Shown here piece by piece: positions 26,087 to 37,159 of a stretch of 48,387 nucleotides of DNA. This DNA comes from Candidatus Levyibacteriota bacterium. GTDB taxonomy: Bacteria > Patescibacteriota > Microgenomatia > Levybacterales > UBA12049. The notes beneath the pieces were generated by a model that ran no database searches, had not been told where the DNA came from, and saw nothing but the letters and a program-made list of their open reading frames with translations. The stretch is from contig JACQKQ010000036.1 of assembly GCA_016204465.1 (NCBI GenBank), forward strand, positions 1-48,387, written 5' to 3'. Position 1 is the stretch's first letter. Every line of letters begins with the position of its first letter. The translations under genes and the position numbers were made by a program.

Positions 26087-27830
26087 GTATGACTACACCT
26101 CCGCCTAAGCCCCAAACTGTCAGATACACTGGGAGAATTCGTATTTGTTGAGGGATAAGACTATCGCTGAAACGTATTGTAGCGATTATAGTCGTGTTTG
26201 TCAAAATTGGTGTTTTTTCAAACAGCACAGGTATCTCTCTTTTCCCATACGGAGGTATTAGTGTTACTGCTTTTTTATTCTCCTTAGGCATAAGCTTGTC
26301 ATTTCTGACAACTACCATATCCTTCGGATATGGCGTTTTTGATTTGTTGAATACAGTAACAGACCCCTTTACTGGAAAGCCGGCAATTACTGTTTTTGGC
26401 AGATCAACGAGTAGATCAACTTCTGCAGCTTCAAATGAAAAATCTTTTGTAAAGGCAACAGAAACGTCTTTTTTTTCTTCGTCACCTGGTAATTTATACC
26501 CCCCGGCCGGTATTGGATAATCACTTTGTTCGCCTTTGATAACAAACGTAAAATGGTCGAAATCAAGAGTATCAAAATAGTTAACGCCGCCAGTTGTGTT
26601 GCCCCATGTTGGGTCAACCATTATCCACGTTTGCCGATTATAGTCGTAATATTCAGGCCATGCGTGTAAAATGTCTTGCACCAAAGCAAGCGGTCGCTGT
26701 CGTGTGTTTTGCGTGTAGGCAAAACCATTGAGTTCCCGCGCAGGAATGCCGGCTGCTCGGGAAAGCGCAACAAAAAGGTCCGTAAACTCAAGACAAACTG
26801 CAGAAGACGGATCGTCAAACACGCCTTTTGCACCAACCCTGCCCTTGCTACTGGTTACTCTTGAAAAATCGTACGTTAGCTTATTGACAACGTAATTGTA
26901 AATTGCACGGGGGGTTTTTAATTCTTTTGCTAGTTTTTTCATTTCGTCTGTTGTTTCCCAATATTTACGTTGTTTTAAATATTTACTAAGCTGTATTTCA
27001 CTTAAGGGCTCTTTCTTTGGATAAAGATAAAGCTTTACTTTTCCGCTGACAGTTACATCAATTTTTTTTGATGGTAAAAGCGAATACTGCGCCAACCAGT
27101 TACCATCACTATCAACCGTTACATCAAGCGGCGGAGGACTTATGTCTTCAATTGATACATCTTGGTAATTGGTCTGTGGTGGAAGAGCTATTTCGGTGCG
27201 GATCGGAAACAAATTTTCATTTTTGAGGTGGTAATCAAGGGAAAAGGCGTATGACTGTTTATCGCCAAATCCAAGTGAAATACCCGACTTTCCAAGCTGT
27301 TCTTTGCTAAAGTCTAGTTTTAGTCCGGCACTTTCTGGCTTGACAAACGTTGGAGTGCCAAGTTTCTGTGGAACACGAACGTGAACATTAAATGACGTAA
27401 ATGCGTTTTGATCAAAAACGCCCGGAATATTTACTTCCCAAATAGACCCCTGTTTTTGCACAACATCCGGCGTATCAAAGCTAATATTGAAAAAAAGCGT
27501 ATTGTTAATACCAACCACTTCATCGTTAAACACAACGCCAACCGTATATCCGGTGGCGGATTTGTTTACTTCTGGCGCGATACTTCCACTGCCGTCTTTG
27601 GCTGTTACATTTTCTATGCGGGAAAACCCAACGTTTACTTTATAAGAAGCTACGTAATACTGGCTGTCTTTGTTGGTTAAGCTAATGTCGTACGACGCGT
27701 GCGTTGAACCGTTTTCCGATACAGTATATGTAACCTCATATGACGTTGCAAAATTTTCGGAAGCATGACTTTTTAATGGTAGAGTAAGGAGGAGAAAAAA
27801 GAATACTATAAAAAGCTTAAATATCCGCAT
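25977..27830 (-). CDS. Exported transglutaminase-like protein with C-terminal TM anchor
   Basis: Signal peptide; AVCLEFTDLF..RAAGIPARE, HAWPEY and VDPTW Cys-His-Asp triad. Confidence 0.88.
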   Translation of the reverse strand: MRIFKLFIVFFFLLLTLPLKSHASENFATSYEVTYTVSENGSTHASYDISLTNKDSQYYVASYKVNVGFSRIENVTAKDGSGSIAPEVNKSATGYTVGVVFNDEVVGINNTLFFNISFDTPDVVQKQGSIWEVNIPGVFDQNAFTSFNVHVRVPQKLGTPTFVKPESAGLKLDFSKEQLGKSGISLGFGDKQSYAFSLDYHLKNENLFPIRTEIALPPQTNYQDVSIEDISPPPLDVTVDSDGNWLAQYSLLPSKKIDVTVSGKVKLYLYPKKEPLSEIQLSKYLKQRKYWETTDEMKKLAKELKTPRAIYNYVVNKLTYDFSRVTSSKGRVGAKGVFDDPSSAVCLEFTDLFVALSRAAGIPARELNGFAYTQNTRQRPLALVQDILHAWPEYYDYNRQTWIMVDPTWGNTTGGVNYFDTLDFDHFTFVIKGEQSDYPIPAGGYKLPGDEEKKDVSVAFTKDFSFEAAEVDLLVDLPKTVIAGFPVKGSVTVFNKSKTPYPKDMVVVRNDKLMPKENKKAVTLIPPYGKREIPVLFEKTPILTNTTIIATIRFSDSLIPQQIRILPVYLTVWGLGGGVVILGTTITILSIIARKTRRIPILRQEGQASVRGQGKKP

Positions 27831-27837
27831 ATGTCTA

Positions 27838-30765
27838 TCATAGCACGTTTGCAAGGTAAAACCCTGTATATGATGCTTTTATTTTTACAATATCTTTTGG
27901 CATACCCTGTGCAACAATGCTGCCACCGTTATCGCCGCCTTCCGGACCTAGGTCAATAATCCAGTCGGCGTTTTTGATAACGTCTAAATTATGCTCTATA
28001 ACAATTACGGTATTGCCTTGTGTAACGAGCCGCCGTAACACAAAGACTAGTTTTTCTAAATCGGCAAAATGCAAACCGGTTGTTGGTTCATCTAAAAGAT
28101 ACAACGCATCTTTGCCGCGTTTGGAAAGTTCGGCAGCCAATTTTACCCGCTGCGCTTCGCCACCTGAAAGCGTTGGCGCTGGCTGGCCAAGTTTCATGTA
28201 CGAGAGTCCCACGTCTGCAAGCGTTTGCAGTTTATGCGCAAGGTTTGGTACAAACGAGAAAAAGTGAAGCGCTTGTTCAATACTCATGTCGAGTACGTCT
28301 GATATATTTTCTCCATTAAATTGAACAGACAAAGCTTCAGCATTATATTGCTTTCCCTGGCATACCTCGCAAGTCACATAGACATCCGGCAAAAATTGCA
28401 TTTCAATTTTGATTTGCCCTTCGCCTTCACACGCTTCGCAACGGCCGCCTTTCACATTAAACGAAAATCTGCCAGGGCCATATCCTTTAATCTTTGCATC
28501 TTTAGTACTTGCAAAAAGATCTCTTATGTATGTAAACGCTCCAGTGTAGGTTGCAGCATTGCTGCGGGGCGTGCGACCGATTGGCGACTGATCAATCAAA
28601 AAAACATTCCTAACATATTCTGCTCCTTGTATATCCTTAAATTTTCCAGGCTTTTCACGATGATATGTATAAATTTTTTGCATAAGCGCATGGTAAAGGA
28701 TGTCGTTGACCAATGTTGACTTGCCGCTTCCCGAAACACCTGTAACTACAATAAACTTTTTTAATGGAAACGAAACAGTAATATCTTTAAGATTATGTTC
28801 TGATGCCTTATAAATGGTTATTATTTCTGAATCTTCCGATGTGTCAACAGCATTCCACCTCGGAGGCGTACTCATCTTTACGCCTTGGGATTGTTTCGCA
28901 ATTCGCACTATCTTTTTTCCTGATAGATATTGTCCTGTTAATGAACTTGGATTACGTTTTATCTCTCCAACCGTTCCTTTTGCAACAACGTATCCTCCTT
29001 GAATGCCGGCCTTTGGTCCAAAATCAATAATATAGTCTGCTTGCTCCATTGTTTCTTTATCATGTTCGACAACGAGAATTGAATTGCCTAAGTCCCGAAG
29101 TTTTTTTAGCGTTTCAATAAGCTTGCCATTGTCTCGTTGATGAAGACCTATTGAGGGCTCATCAAGAACATACAAAACGCCTGTTAAACCGCTTCCTATT
29201 TGTGATGCTAATCGAATCCTCTGTGCCTCTCCGCCAGAAAGCGTGTGGGCACCCCGCGAAAGCGTAAGATATGAAAGCCCAACATCAATTAAAAACTGCA
29301 GCCTGTTTTCGATCTCTCGCAAAATAATTTTACCAATTTCTTGTTCCTTTTTAGAGAGTTGAATTCTTACGTCTTTTATAAATGTGCTAGCTTCGCCAAT
29401 TGCCATGTCTGTGACTTCAGCGATTGACTTTTTAAGAAGCGTCACAGAGAGTGCTTCTTTCTTTAATCGGGCACCAAGACAGGCGTCGCAGGTCTTGTAA
29501 CGCATGAATTTTTCAACTTGGGATCGGATGAAATCCGAATCAGACTCGTTGTGCCGCCGCTTTAATTCAAAAAAAAATCCCCTGAATGGTTCGTAAATAA
29601 CCGTACTTTTTCCCCACCTATTCTGGCCATGTACCTTGTACTCTTTGTCCCCTGTCCCTGAAAGCAACAGTTCTTTATCTTTTTCTGACATTTCAGAAAA
29701 CCTTTTATTTGCTGGAATATTATTTTCTTCGCAAAATGTTTTAAATGTTCTTGAAAACCATGTGTCTTGTTCCATAATATTTGGAAATGGCAGTATTCCG
29801 CCTTCATTTATAGAAAGATATTTGTTAAAAACAAGATCTTTATCGATACTAAGCACAGTACCTAAGCCATTACATGTTGGACATGCTCCGTGCGGCGTGT
29901 TAAACGAAAAAATTCGCGGTTCAATTTGCGGCAGAGAAATACTACAAAAAGGACAGGCGAATTTTTCCGAATACAAGTGATCTGTCATTTTTTTTGGCTT
30001 TTCAGGGATGTCAAACCCTTTGTCATTAATTACCGAAACAATAAGCTCGCCGTTGCCAAACCTAAGTGCATGTTCTACATCAGTAGCGATTCTATCTCTA
30101 TCGGTTTTTTTTGTAATCGTAACAGCGTCAATAACAAGCTCTATGCTGTGCTTGTTTGTCTTAATCAAAACAAACTGGTCTGTAAGGTAAAAAATTTGCC
30201 CATCAATGCGTACTTTTTTGTAGCCCCTTTTTTTTAGATCGGAAAATAAGTCTATATACTCTCCTTTTCTGTCTTTTACCAGAGGCGCGAGTACAAGCAC
30301 ATTTAAAGGTATTGCGGTTGATTCTCCCAATTTGTTATGAAAATCCATAATAAGGTTTGTAATCTGCTCTTTTGAAAGCCTTGCAATCTCCCTGCCGCAA
30401 TTTGGGCAGTGCGGACAGCCGAGTCTTGCAAAAAGCAAGCGAAGATAGTCGTAAATTTCAGTAACTGTGCCAACGGTTGAGCGGGGATTGTGCGACGCAC
30501 CTTTTTGGTCAATTGAGATTGCCGGAGACAAGCCTTCGATAACATCAACGTCCGGTTTTTTCATAACGCCTAAAAATTGTCTGGCATAGGAGGAAAGCGA
30601 CTCAACATAGCGGCGCTGGCCTTCAGCATAAATCGTGTCGAAGGCAAGAGAAGACTTCCCGCTGCCTGAAAGCCCTGTAAACACAACGAGCTTGTTTTTG
30701 GGGATTGTAAGATCAACATTTTTAAGATTGTGTTCTCTGGCACCTTTGATTGTAATTTTATCCAT
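27838..30765 (-). CDS. uvrA: Excinuclease ABC subunit A
   Basis: Two ABC ATPase domains ([28 protein letters not shown]) and zinc fingers. Confidence 0.99.
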   Translation of the reverse strand: MDKITIKGAREHNLKNVDLTIPKNKLVVFTGLSGSGKSSLAFDTIYAEGQRRYVESLSSYARQFLGVMKKPDVDVIEGLSPAISIDQKGASHNPRSTVGTVTEIYDYLRLLFARLGCPHCPNCGREIARLSKEQITNLIMDFHNKLGESTAIPLNVLVLAPLVKDRKGEYIDLFSDLKKRGYKKVRIDGQIFYLTDQFVLIKTNKHSIELVIDAVTITKKTDRDRIATDVEHALRFGNGELIVSVINDKGFDIPEKPKKMTDHLYSEKFACPFCSISLPQIEPRIFSFNTPHGACPTCNGLGTVLSIDKDLVFNKYLSINEGGILPFPNIMEQDTWFSRTFKTFCEENNIPANKRFSEMSEKDKELLLSGTGDKEYKVHGQNRWGKSTVIYEPFRGFFFELKRRHNESDSDFIRSQVEKFMRYKTCDACLGARLKKEALSVTLLKKSIAEVTDMAIGEASTFIKDVRIQLSKKEQEIGKIILREIENRLQFLIDVGLSYLTLSRGAHTLSGGEAQRIRLASQIGSGLTGVLYVLDEPSIGLHQRDNGKLIETLKKLRDLGNSILVVEHDKETMEQADYIIDFGPKAGIQGGYVVAKGTVGEIKRNPSSLTGQYLSGKKIVRIAKQSQGVKMSTPPRWNAVDTSEDSEIITIYKASEHNLKDITVSFPLKKFIVVTGVSGSGKSTLVNDILYHALMQKIYTYHREKPGKFKDIQGAEYVRNVFLIDQSPIGRTPRSNAATYTGAFTYIRDLFASTKDAKIKGYGPGRFSFNVKGGRCEACEGEGQIKIEMQFLPDVYVTCEVCQGKQYNAEALSVQFNGENISDVLDMSIEQALHFFSFVPNLAHKLQTLADVGLSYMKLGQPAPTLSGGEAQRVKLAAELSKRGKDALYLLDEPTTGLHFADLEKLVFVLRRLVTQGNTVIVIEHNLDVIKNADWIIDLGPEGGDNGGSIVAQGMPKDIVKIKASYTGFYLANVL

Positions 30766-30827
30766 AAATTTGAACTTATTAGTTTATCAGATTTGCGTTA
30801 CTTTGTAAACTCCGATAGAATTCGTTT

Positions 30828-31223
30828 ATGGATGGTTTGTTTGTCATTTACGGAGTAGTTAAAAGAGGCAAGAATCGAGGCAAAGCCTTGGGATTTCCAA
30901 CAGCCAACATTGAAGTGTCAACTGGCATTCAAGAAGGAGTGTATTTATCAGTTACGAAACTGAAAAAACTGGAGTTCCCCTCGCTTACGTTTGTAGGCAA
31001 AGCAAAAACATTTGGCGAAGATTTATTTCAAGCAGAATCGTACATTCTAAATTTTGATAGGGATATATACGGAGAAAAAATTGCGATACGATTGCTTAAA
31101 AAAATACGCGATAACTTAGTTTTTTCCTCGGCAGAAGCGCTTAAAGAACAAATGGAAAAAGATAAAAAAACTGCCGTAATCTTTTTTTCCGGGTACAAAA
31201 AGGTGTATAATAAATCAGTATGA
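30828..31223 (+). CDS. Stand-alone riboflavin kinase domain
   Basis: GKALGFPTAN, E.YILNFDRDIYG, IRDNLVF; no FAD-synthetase domain. Confidence 0.88.
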   Translation: MDGLFVIYGVVKRGKNRGKALGFPTANIEVSTGIQEGVYLSVTKLKKLEFPSLTFVGKAKTFGEDLFQAESYILNFDRDIYGEKIAIRLLKKIRDNLVFSSAEALKEQMEKDKKTAVIFFSGYKKVYNKSV

Positions 31224-32209
31224 TAAGTCCTATTGTGAAATATTTTTCGGGTAATCAATTTTTCTCCGCTATAGTTTTTTTGCTCTTTTTGTGGTTTCTT
31301 TTTGAAATCCGAGGTATCCTTATAGCGCTTTTTATTGCCTATATTATAACAGCAGCTTTAGCTCCTTTTGCTGATTTCTTGCGTAAAAAACGAGTTCCTA
31401 AAAGTTTAGCAGTGCTTATCCCCTACTTAACGACTATCGTACTGCTTTTAGCGCTTATCATACCATTAATTCCGTTTTTCCTTGCGCAATTACAATCGCT
31501 TTTCTCTAGTTTCCCTAGCTACTTAGACAGTGCTGCGCGTATTTTTGGCGTAAGTGTTAACGCTTCGCAAGTTCGTGGTTTTTTTGAGCAGGAACTTGCA
31601 AGCATTAGTAGAAATGCCGTTTTACTTACAACAAGCGTGTTTGGTGGACTTTTTTCTGTTCTGACAGTTCTTATAATTAGTCTTTATCTTCTTGGGGATC
31701 ACGAAAAAATAAAAGATGACATTGTTAGGTTATTTGCAAAACAAAGACAAGCAAAAATTTACAAGATATTTTCGCAAGTAGAGGAAAAATTAGGAGCTTG
31801 GCTTAGAGGTCAGGTAATCCTTTCGCTTTTTATCGGGTTTATAACATGGATTGCTCTTACAGTTATTGATCTTGATTTTGCGCTTCCACTGGCGCTTTTG
31901 GCAGGAATGCTTGAGATTATTCCAACAATGGGACCGATTATTGCCGCAGTGCCTGCAGTTATTGTTGCTCTAACCGTATCGCCGACCACAGCATTAGTTG
32001 TTGTGGTGATTTACATGCTTATCCAAGCAGTTGAGAATAATATTTTAGTCCCACGCATTATGGAAAAGGCTGTTGGCTTACACCCAGTTGCAGTAATTTT
32101 GGGCGTTATTATTGGAAGCAAGCTTCTGGGCGTTGCCGGCGCACTCCTCTCTATTCCCTTTATTTCACTTGTTGTGGTTGTTTACCGCAACCTTACGACA
32201 GACGTTTAA
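31220..32209 (+). CDS. AI-2E family transporter
   Basis: LEIIPTMGP, QAVENNILVPRIM, GLHPV, GALLSIP. Confidence 0.92.
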   Translation: MISPIVKYFSGNQFFSAIVFLLFLWFLFEIRGILIALFIAYIITAALAPFADFLRKKRVPKSLAVLIPYLTTIVLLLALIIPLIPFFLAQLQSLFSSFPSYLDSAARIFGVSVNASQVRGFFEQELASISRNAVLLTTSVFGGLFSVLTVLIISLYLLGDHEKIKDDIVRLFAKQRQAKIYKIFSQVEEKLGAWLRGQVILSLFIGFITWIALTVIDLDFALPLALLAGMLEIIPTMGPIIAAVPAVIVALTVSPTTALVVVVIYMLIQAVENNILVPRIMEKAVGLHPVAVILGVIIGSKLLGVAGALLSIPFISLVVVVYRNLTTDV

Positions 32210-33444
32210 TGAAACGCATTGCAATGCTATCCATGCATACGTGTCCGCTTGCCTCAAAAGAAGGTAAAGAAACCGGCGGTATGAATGTATATGTGCTGGA
32301 ACTTTCCAAAGAGTTGTCGAAGCGGGGTTTTGTGGTTGATGTATATACACGAGTACAGAATTCTAAAGAAAAACGAATTGTTCAGGTAGATAAAAATTTT
32401 CGAGTAATTCACCTCACTGCCGGTCCCGAGTCACCCATTAGCAAAAAAAAGCTAATACCCTATGCTGCCGAATTTGCCAATAATTTTCTGGAATTTGCAA
32501 AGAAAGAAGGAGTTGAGTACGACATAATGCACTGTCATTACTACCTTTCGGGACTAACCGGAACAATAATCCAAAAAAAACTTGCAGTAAAAATTCCCCG
32601 TGTTATGATGTTTCATACATTGGCGCTTATGAAAAATCTTGTTGCCCGCGACGAACTCGAGAACGAGGGAAAAGATCGTATTAAAACAGAATTACAGCTT
32701 ACAAGAGAAGTAAACGCGATTATTGCCGCAAGCGACAGCGACCGCGCATACCTCACGCATTTGTATGACGTTCCAAGTGAAAAAATAACTGTTATAAATC
32801 CCGGAGTAAATAACCATCTTTTTCGTCCGATTCCAATGGTGAAAGCAAAAAAGCGCGTGAAAGCGGCAGCATCTGATAAAATAGTACTTTTTGTCGGTCG
32901 GATCGAACCGCTTAAGGGCATTGACATGATTTTATACGCGCTTAAAATTATGCTTAAAAAAAACCAAAATCTTCGCGTTTGTCTGTGGATTATTGGCGGA
33001 GACGTGTCGCAAAAAAGAGGTTGGACAAGAGAAGTTAAGAAACTTGAAGAGCTTCGAAAAACGCTAAATATCGAAGCAGTCGTAAAATTTTTGGGCAGAA
33101 AAAAACAGTACGAACTTCCCTATTTCTACAACGCGTCGGAGTTTGTTGTTATGCCCTCGCACTACGAATCGTTTGGTATGGCAGCGCTTGAGGCAATGGC
33201 GTGCGGCGTGCCGGTTATCACCACTAATGTTGCCGGCATTGCAAGTTTGTTTGATGAAAAACACGATGCGCTTCTTACATCGGTAAATAATCCACTAGAT
33301 CTTGCTTCAAAAATGGAGTTTTTACTCACAAATCAAAAAGAGCGCGAAAAATTAACAGTCGAATTACAAGAAAAAGTACAAGATTTAACATGGGGAAAAG
33401 TAACGGACAAGATTATAAAGGTCTACTCTCGTGCGTCAACTTAA
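32209..33444 (+). CDS. GT4 glycosyltransferase, MshA-like
   Basis: HTCPL..GGMNVYV, VGRIEPLKG, PSHYESFGMAALEAMACG. Confidence 0.88.
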   Translation: MKRIAMLSMHTCPLASKEGKETGGMNVYVLELSKELSKRGFVVDVYTRVQNSKEKRIVQVDKNFRVIHLTAGPESPISKKKLIPYAAEFANNFLEFAKKEGVEYDIMHCHYYLSGLTGTIIQKKLAVKIPRVMMFHTLALMKNLVARDELENEGKDRIKTELQLTREVNAIIAASDSDRAYLTHLYDVPSEKITVINPGVNNHLFRPIPMVKAKKRVKAAASDKIVLFVGRIEPLKGIDMILYALKIMLKKNQNLRVCLWIIGGDVSQKRGWTREVKKLEELRKTLNIEAVVKFLGRKKQYELPYFYNASEFVVMPSHYESFGMAALEAMACGVPVITTNVAGIASLFDEKHDALLTSVNNPLDLASKMEFLLTNQKEREKLTVELQEKVQDLTWGKVTDKIIKVYSRAST

Positions 33445-33886
33445 AATTATTTTCGAGCATCATTAGAGCAGTATCAATTCTGTCAGCGCCTTCTTGTTCT
33501 CTAACAGGATTGGTATGATTATTATCGGGAAAAAAATTTATAAATGATTTTCCTTTTTTTGCCATAATTGATAATCCTGCTTTTTCAGTGGGGGTTGTAA
33601 AATTAAAATCTAAAGCAAAAATTGGGTTCGGGATGTCGTTTACTGTCGGCATGTACCTGACGAAGAATGTGTAAGGCTTTCCGTTGTCATCTGTTTCGGT
33701 ATAAGTAAATCCTTGCGTTCGGGCATCATAATCTTCGTTTTTGAATAAATCAACCCATCTTTCAACGAACGCAGGCGACGAACTAATAAAACTAAGTACT
33801 CTTTTTACTATTGCATCAGCACGATCATCTAAAACTTCTTGTTCACTTTGGTGTGCAATTCCTTTTGCCTCAACGGGGATTGTCAT
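33413..33886 (-). CDS. Hypothetical protein
   Basis: 157 aa ORF filling the gap between two plus-strand genes; no recognisable motif. Confidence 0.55.
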   Translation of the reverse strand: MTIPVEAKGIAHQSEQEVLDDRADAIVKRVLSFISSSPAFVERWVDLFKNEDYDARTQGFTYTETDDNGKPYTFFVRYMPTVNDIPNPIFALDFNFTTPTEKAGLSIMAKKGKSFINFFPDNNHTNPVREQEGADRIDTALMMLENNFKLTHESRPL

Positions 33887-33926
33887 GCAAACATACTAGA
33901 CCACGTTTTGCAAAAAAGCAAATCTA

Positions 33927-33955
33927 TTGACTAATAAATAAATATTAGTTACGCT
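33927..33955 (+). promoter_or_regulatory. Sigma70-like promoter with an operator-like palindrome in its spacer
   Basis: TTGACT(33927)-17-TACGCT(33950); ACTAATA-N6-TATTAGT at 33930..33949. Confidence 0.45.
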
Positions 33956-33964
33956 AGATTATAG

Positions 33965-34687
33965 GTGAAAAAATATTTATTACCTCTTATCTTATTGCTG
34001 GTGATTGGCGCAATTTTACTTAAATCAAACTCTTTGAAAAATACTCCAAATTGGGGTGACGGTACGGACGCGTTTTACAAAGAGTTAATAGCAAGTAAGG
34101 GAGATTTCGCAGAAAATGCCGATGAAGCGGTATTTGACAATCAAGTTGTACGTAGCATTACAAAAGAAGAAACAGAAAATATACTTGCTCAAGCACAAAA
34201 CATACAAAAACAAGTTTTAGGCTTGCATACTGTCTATGACGGAGCGGAAAAATGGATAGAGGTGGATTTATCCGACCTTAAACTTTATGCCTGGGAGGGA
34301 AAAAGCAAGGTTTATGAATTTTCTGTTTCTACAGGCAGACCAGGCTACGAAACCCCAACAGGAGAGTTTAGAGTCTGGAGAAAAGTTCTTTCCCAGCGGT
34401 ATAAGGGAGGTATTTTTGGAACCTCAAGCTATTACAACTTGCCCAATGTGCCCTACTCTCTTTTTTTTGGAGGAGAAAATGTTCCTAACTGGAAGGGGTT
34501 TGCAATACACGGGGCATACTGGCATAATGACTTTGGTGTAAAAAACAGAAGCAGCGGTTGTGTGAATCTCAAACCGGAAGAGGTTGGGCTTTTATACAAC
34601 TGGGCTGGCCCAACTATTCCTGCTGGCGCAAATGCCTTAACTGCCACAGAAGATAACCCGGGAACAAAAGTAGTAATACATGATTAG
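33965..34687 (+). CDS. L,D-transpeptidase (YkuD domain)
   Basis: IEVDLS, VSTG, TPTGEF, IHGAYWH..SSGCVNL; N-terminal anchor. Confidence 0.9.
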   Translation: MKKYLLPLILLLVIGAILLKSNSLKNTPNWGDGTDAFYKELIASKGDFAENADEAVFDNQVVRSITKEETENILAQAQNIQKQVLGLHTVYDGAEKWIEVDLSDLKLYAWEGKSKVYEFSVSTGRPGYETPTGEFRVWRKVLSQRYKGGIFGTSSYYNLPNVPYSLFFGGENVPNWKGFAIHGAYWHNDFGVKNRSSGCVNLKPEEVGLLYNWAGPTIPAGANALTATEDNPGTKVVIHD

Positions 34688-34753
34688 AAGATGGTTTTTT
34701 TCAAACTCTTTGACAATTACCTTAAAAACCATGTATATTAGAATATAAACGTT

Positions 34754-36223
34754 ATGAACGGCTCAGTCTTTTTTAGCGCTCTTGCCAAGGTATTTTCTAA
34801 ATCCTCATCCTGGGTTATAACCATAACCGTTACCTTAAATGTGTTGCTTTTGTACTATCTTATTCTGGCGCAAAAAACCACCTGGGACGCTTTTTGGCAG
34901 TCTAATGCTACCTGGTATACTTTGTCTCAAGTAATTTTAAGCGTGATTAACGCTCTTATTGTAGGTGTATCTATAACGTTTTTAATTTATCTGCTGGACG
35001 AACAAAAACGAGCCCAAAAAGCAACCTTTTTAAATACCCTAGGCTCGTTCTTCTTCTCGGCTGTTGCTACCGGCTGCTCTGTTTGCAGCGCTTATCTTTT
35101 ACCTCTGCTGGGCATTGCTGCCTCACTAACCGCCTTCCCTTTTGGAGGGCTTGAAGTTAAGACTCTGGCAGCTCTGATTGGTTTTTATGCGCTTTGGCAG
35201 TTTGCTGCCGGTGTTGCAGGAGTTTGTAGGGTCTACAAAGAAAACGTAATCTCTTTTGAGAACAAAAATTTACAACTCAATTTAAACCGGGAAACCCTTC
35301 CCCAGCTTAAACCGCTTCTCCTTTTAGTTGCCTTTATTTTTACAATTTATGCTATCCCAAGGCTTCCTATAAAATATAAAGCAAAAACGCAAAGAGAAAT
35401 AGCAGTTGCAGCTTCTAATGGTACGCAAGCTGCCAAAGCAAACTCAGCCGAAACTTTTGCAAAGATCAATCCTGCTGATGGTTATGAAATCAATGCTACT
35501 TACGGAGAGATTGGTCCTAAAATGCTTGATATGGGAGTAATTGATTTTGATAAATTTAAGCAGGTTTATCAACAATCCGGGCAGCCTTTAACAGCAGAAC
35601 AGGAGGAGATTCTAACACGAGGTTCTGATAAAAAAATTAAAATTTCCCAGGAAAATTCATACTTTCTGTTAAATTTCTTCTGGGCTTTTGGACTGGGCAA
35701 CAAAACTAAAATTCTGACAGAAGGCGATATGGTCAAATACGGAGAGGGGCAGGTCGGCAATTTTGCCTCAACAGGAGGGTGGTCATTGGCTAAAGGAGAT
35801 GCGGTGGATTATTACTCTAAGAGAGCTTTAGTTCCATTATCGGTTGAGCAAGAAGACCTGGTAAATAAAGTTGCTTCCAATATTTACAGGCCTTGTTGCG
35901 GCAACTCCACAGCGTTTCCGGACTGCAATCATGGCATGGCTCTTTTAGGCATTTTGGAGCTGATGGCAGCAAAGGGAGCTACAGAGGATGAGATGTACAA
36001 CGCTGCCAAATATTTTAATGCCTTTTGGTTCCCAAGCAATTACTATGACATAGCCCTATATTTTAAAAACAAAGAAGGAAAGGATTACAAGGATGTGGAT
36101 GCGAGGTTAATATTAGGCAAAGATATATCTTCGGCTTTTGGGGCACAAGCTGTCAAAAAATGGTTGACGGAAAACGGCATTGTGGAGCCACCCCCAAAAC
36201 AAGGGGGAGGTTGCGGAGTATAA
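34754..36223 (+). CDS. Uncharacterised Cys-rich membrane protein
   Basis: N-terminal TM bundle with GCSVC; soluble domain with RPCCGNSTAFPDCNHGM; C-terminal GGGCGV. Confidence 0.8.
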   Translation: MNGSVFFSALAKVFSKSSSWVITITVTLNVLLLYYLILAQKTTWDAFWQSNATWYTLSQVILSVINALIVGVSITFLIYLLDEQKRAQKATFLNTLGSFFFSAVATGCSVCSAYLLPLLGIAASLTAFPFGGLEVKTLAALIGFYALWQFAAGVAGVCRVYKENVISFENKNLQLNLNRETLPQLKPLLLLVAFIFTIYAIPRLPIKYKAKTQREIAVAASNGTQAAKANSAETFAKINPADGYEINATYGEIGPKMLDMGVIDFDKFKQVYQQSGQPLTAEQEEILTRGSDKKIKISQENSYFLLNFFWAFGLGNKTKILTEGDMVKYGEGQVGNFASTGGWSLAKGDAVDYYSKRALVPLSVEQEDLVNKVASNIYRPCCGNSTAFPDCNHGMALLGILELMAAKGATEDEMYNAAKYFNAFWFPSNYYDIALYFKNKEGKDYKDVDARLILGKDISSAFGAQAVKKWLTENGIVEPPPKQGGGCGV

Positions 36224-36231
36224 TAAGTCAA

Positions 36232-36266
36232 TCTTAATTATTTCTTAATCTCCTTTTCTTTAGAAT
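36232..36266 (+). promoter_or_regulatory. Direct-repeat regulator site plus -10, upstream of ccdA
   Basis: TCTTAAT-N4-TCTTAAT, then TAGAAT at 36261. Confidence 0.6.
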
Positions 36267-36277
36267 ATATCTTCAGT

Positions 36278-37159
36278 ATGGAACTTTTGATCAGCGCTTC
36301 GTTTATTGCAGCTTATTTTGCCGGTATAGCAGCGCTTTTTGCTCCATGTTGTATTTCGGTTTTACTCCCTACCTATTTTGCTTCGATTTTTAAGCAAAAA
36401 ACTTTAATCTTTTTGATGACTTTTATATACTTCTTAGGGCTTTTGACCATCTTTTTACCAATAGGTCTTGGTGTAACATTTTTAACCCAACTATTTTCAC
36501 AGTACCATAACCAGATATTTCTTATCGGGTCTATCTTTTTGATCTTTTTGGGAACAGTTTTAATTTTAGGAAAACAATTTTCGCTTCCTTTTAAGGTTTA
36601 TCCCAAGCTTAAAAACTATGATGTTTTATCAGTTTATGTCTTGGGGATATTTTCAGCAATTGCCACAACTTGTTGTGCCCCGGTTTTGGCAGGAGTTTTG
36701 GCTATCTCTGCTATTCCCGGATCTTTAGCTTTAGGAGGGATATATACCTTAGCTTATGTTTTAGGCATTGTCACACCGCTTTTTGTCATTGCCACCTGTC
36801 TTGACAAATCAAAAATCACCCAAAAGTTTTTAACCTTCAAAAAAACCTTAACCTACAATTTTTTTGGCCAAAAAATTTTGGTGACTGTTTCAAATTTAAT
36901 ATCCGGGCTAATGTTTCTAATTTTAGGCAGTTATATCTTCTACCTGGCGCAAACTAACCAAATCGCTGTCCATGACTCTTTGCAAGTTGCCATAAATATT
37001 TACTTAACAAACTTTATTAAATCCATAAGCCTAGTAACAAACCTTATCCCAGAATTCGTCTGGGCATTACTATTTGTGGGTATTTTTCTGGTAGCATTAA
37101 AAATAGCCGCTAGCCAGTTTTTGAGTCTTTTAAAGAAAGTGGGAATAAATGAGAAATAA
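36278..37159 (+). CDS. ccdA: CcdA/DsbD-type thiol-disulfide membrane transporter
   Basis: FAPCCISVLLP and TTCCAPVLAG motifs; multiple TM. Confidence 0.85.
   Translation: MELLISASFIAAYFAGIAALFAPCCISVLLPTYFASIFKQKTLIFLMTFIYFLGLLTIFLPIGLGVTFLTQLFSQYHNQIFLIGSIFLIFLGTVLILGKQFSLPFKVYPKLKNYDVLSVYVLGIFSAIATTCCAPVLAGVLAISAIPGSLALGGIYTLAYVLGIVTPLFVIATCLDKSKITQKFLTFKKTLTYNFFGQKILVTVSNLISGLMFLILGSYIFYLAQTNQIAVHDSLQVAINIYLTNFIKSISLVTNLIPEFVWALLFVGIFLVALKIAASQFLSLLKKVGINEK

Noticed and set aside
34707-34744. Fourth response-regulator site upstream of the Cys-rich gene
   Set aside because: The heptamers are degenerate and the spacing is off; a plain TTGACA-N18-TATATT promoter explains the sequence.
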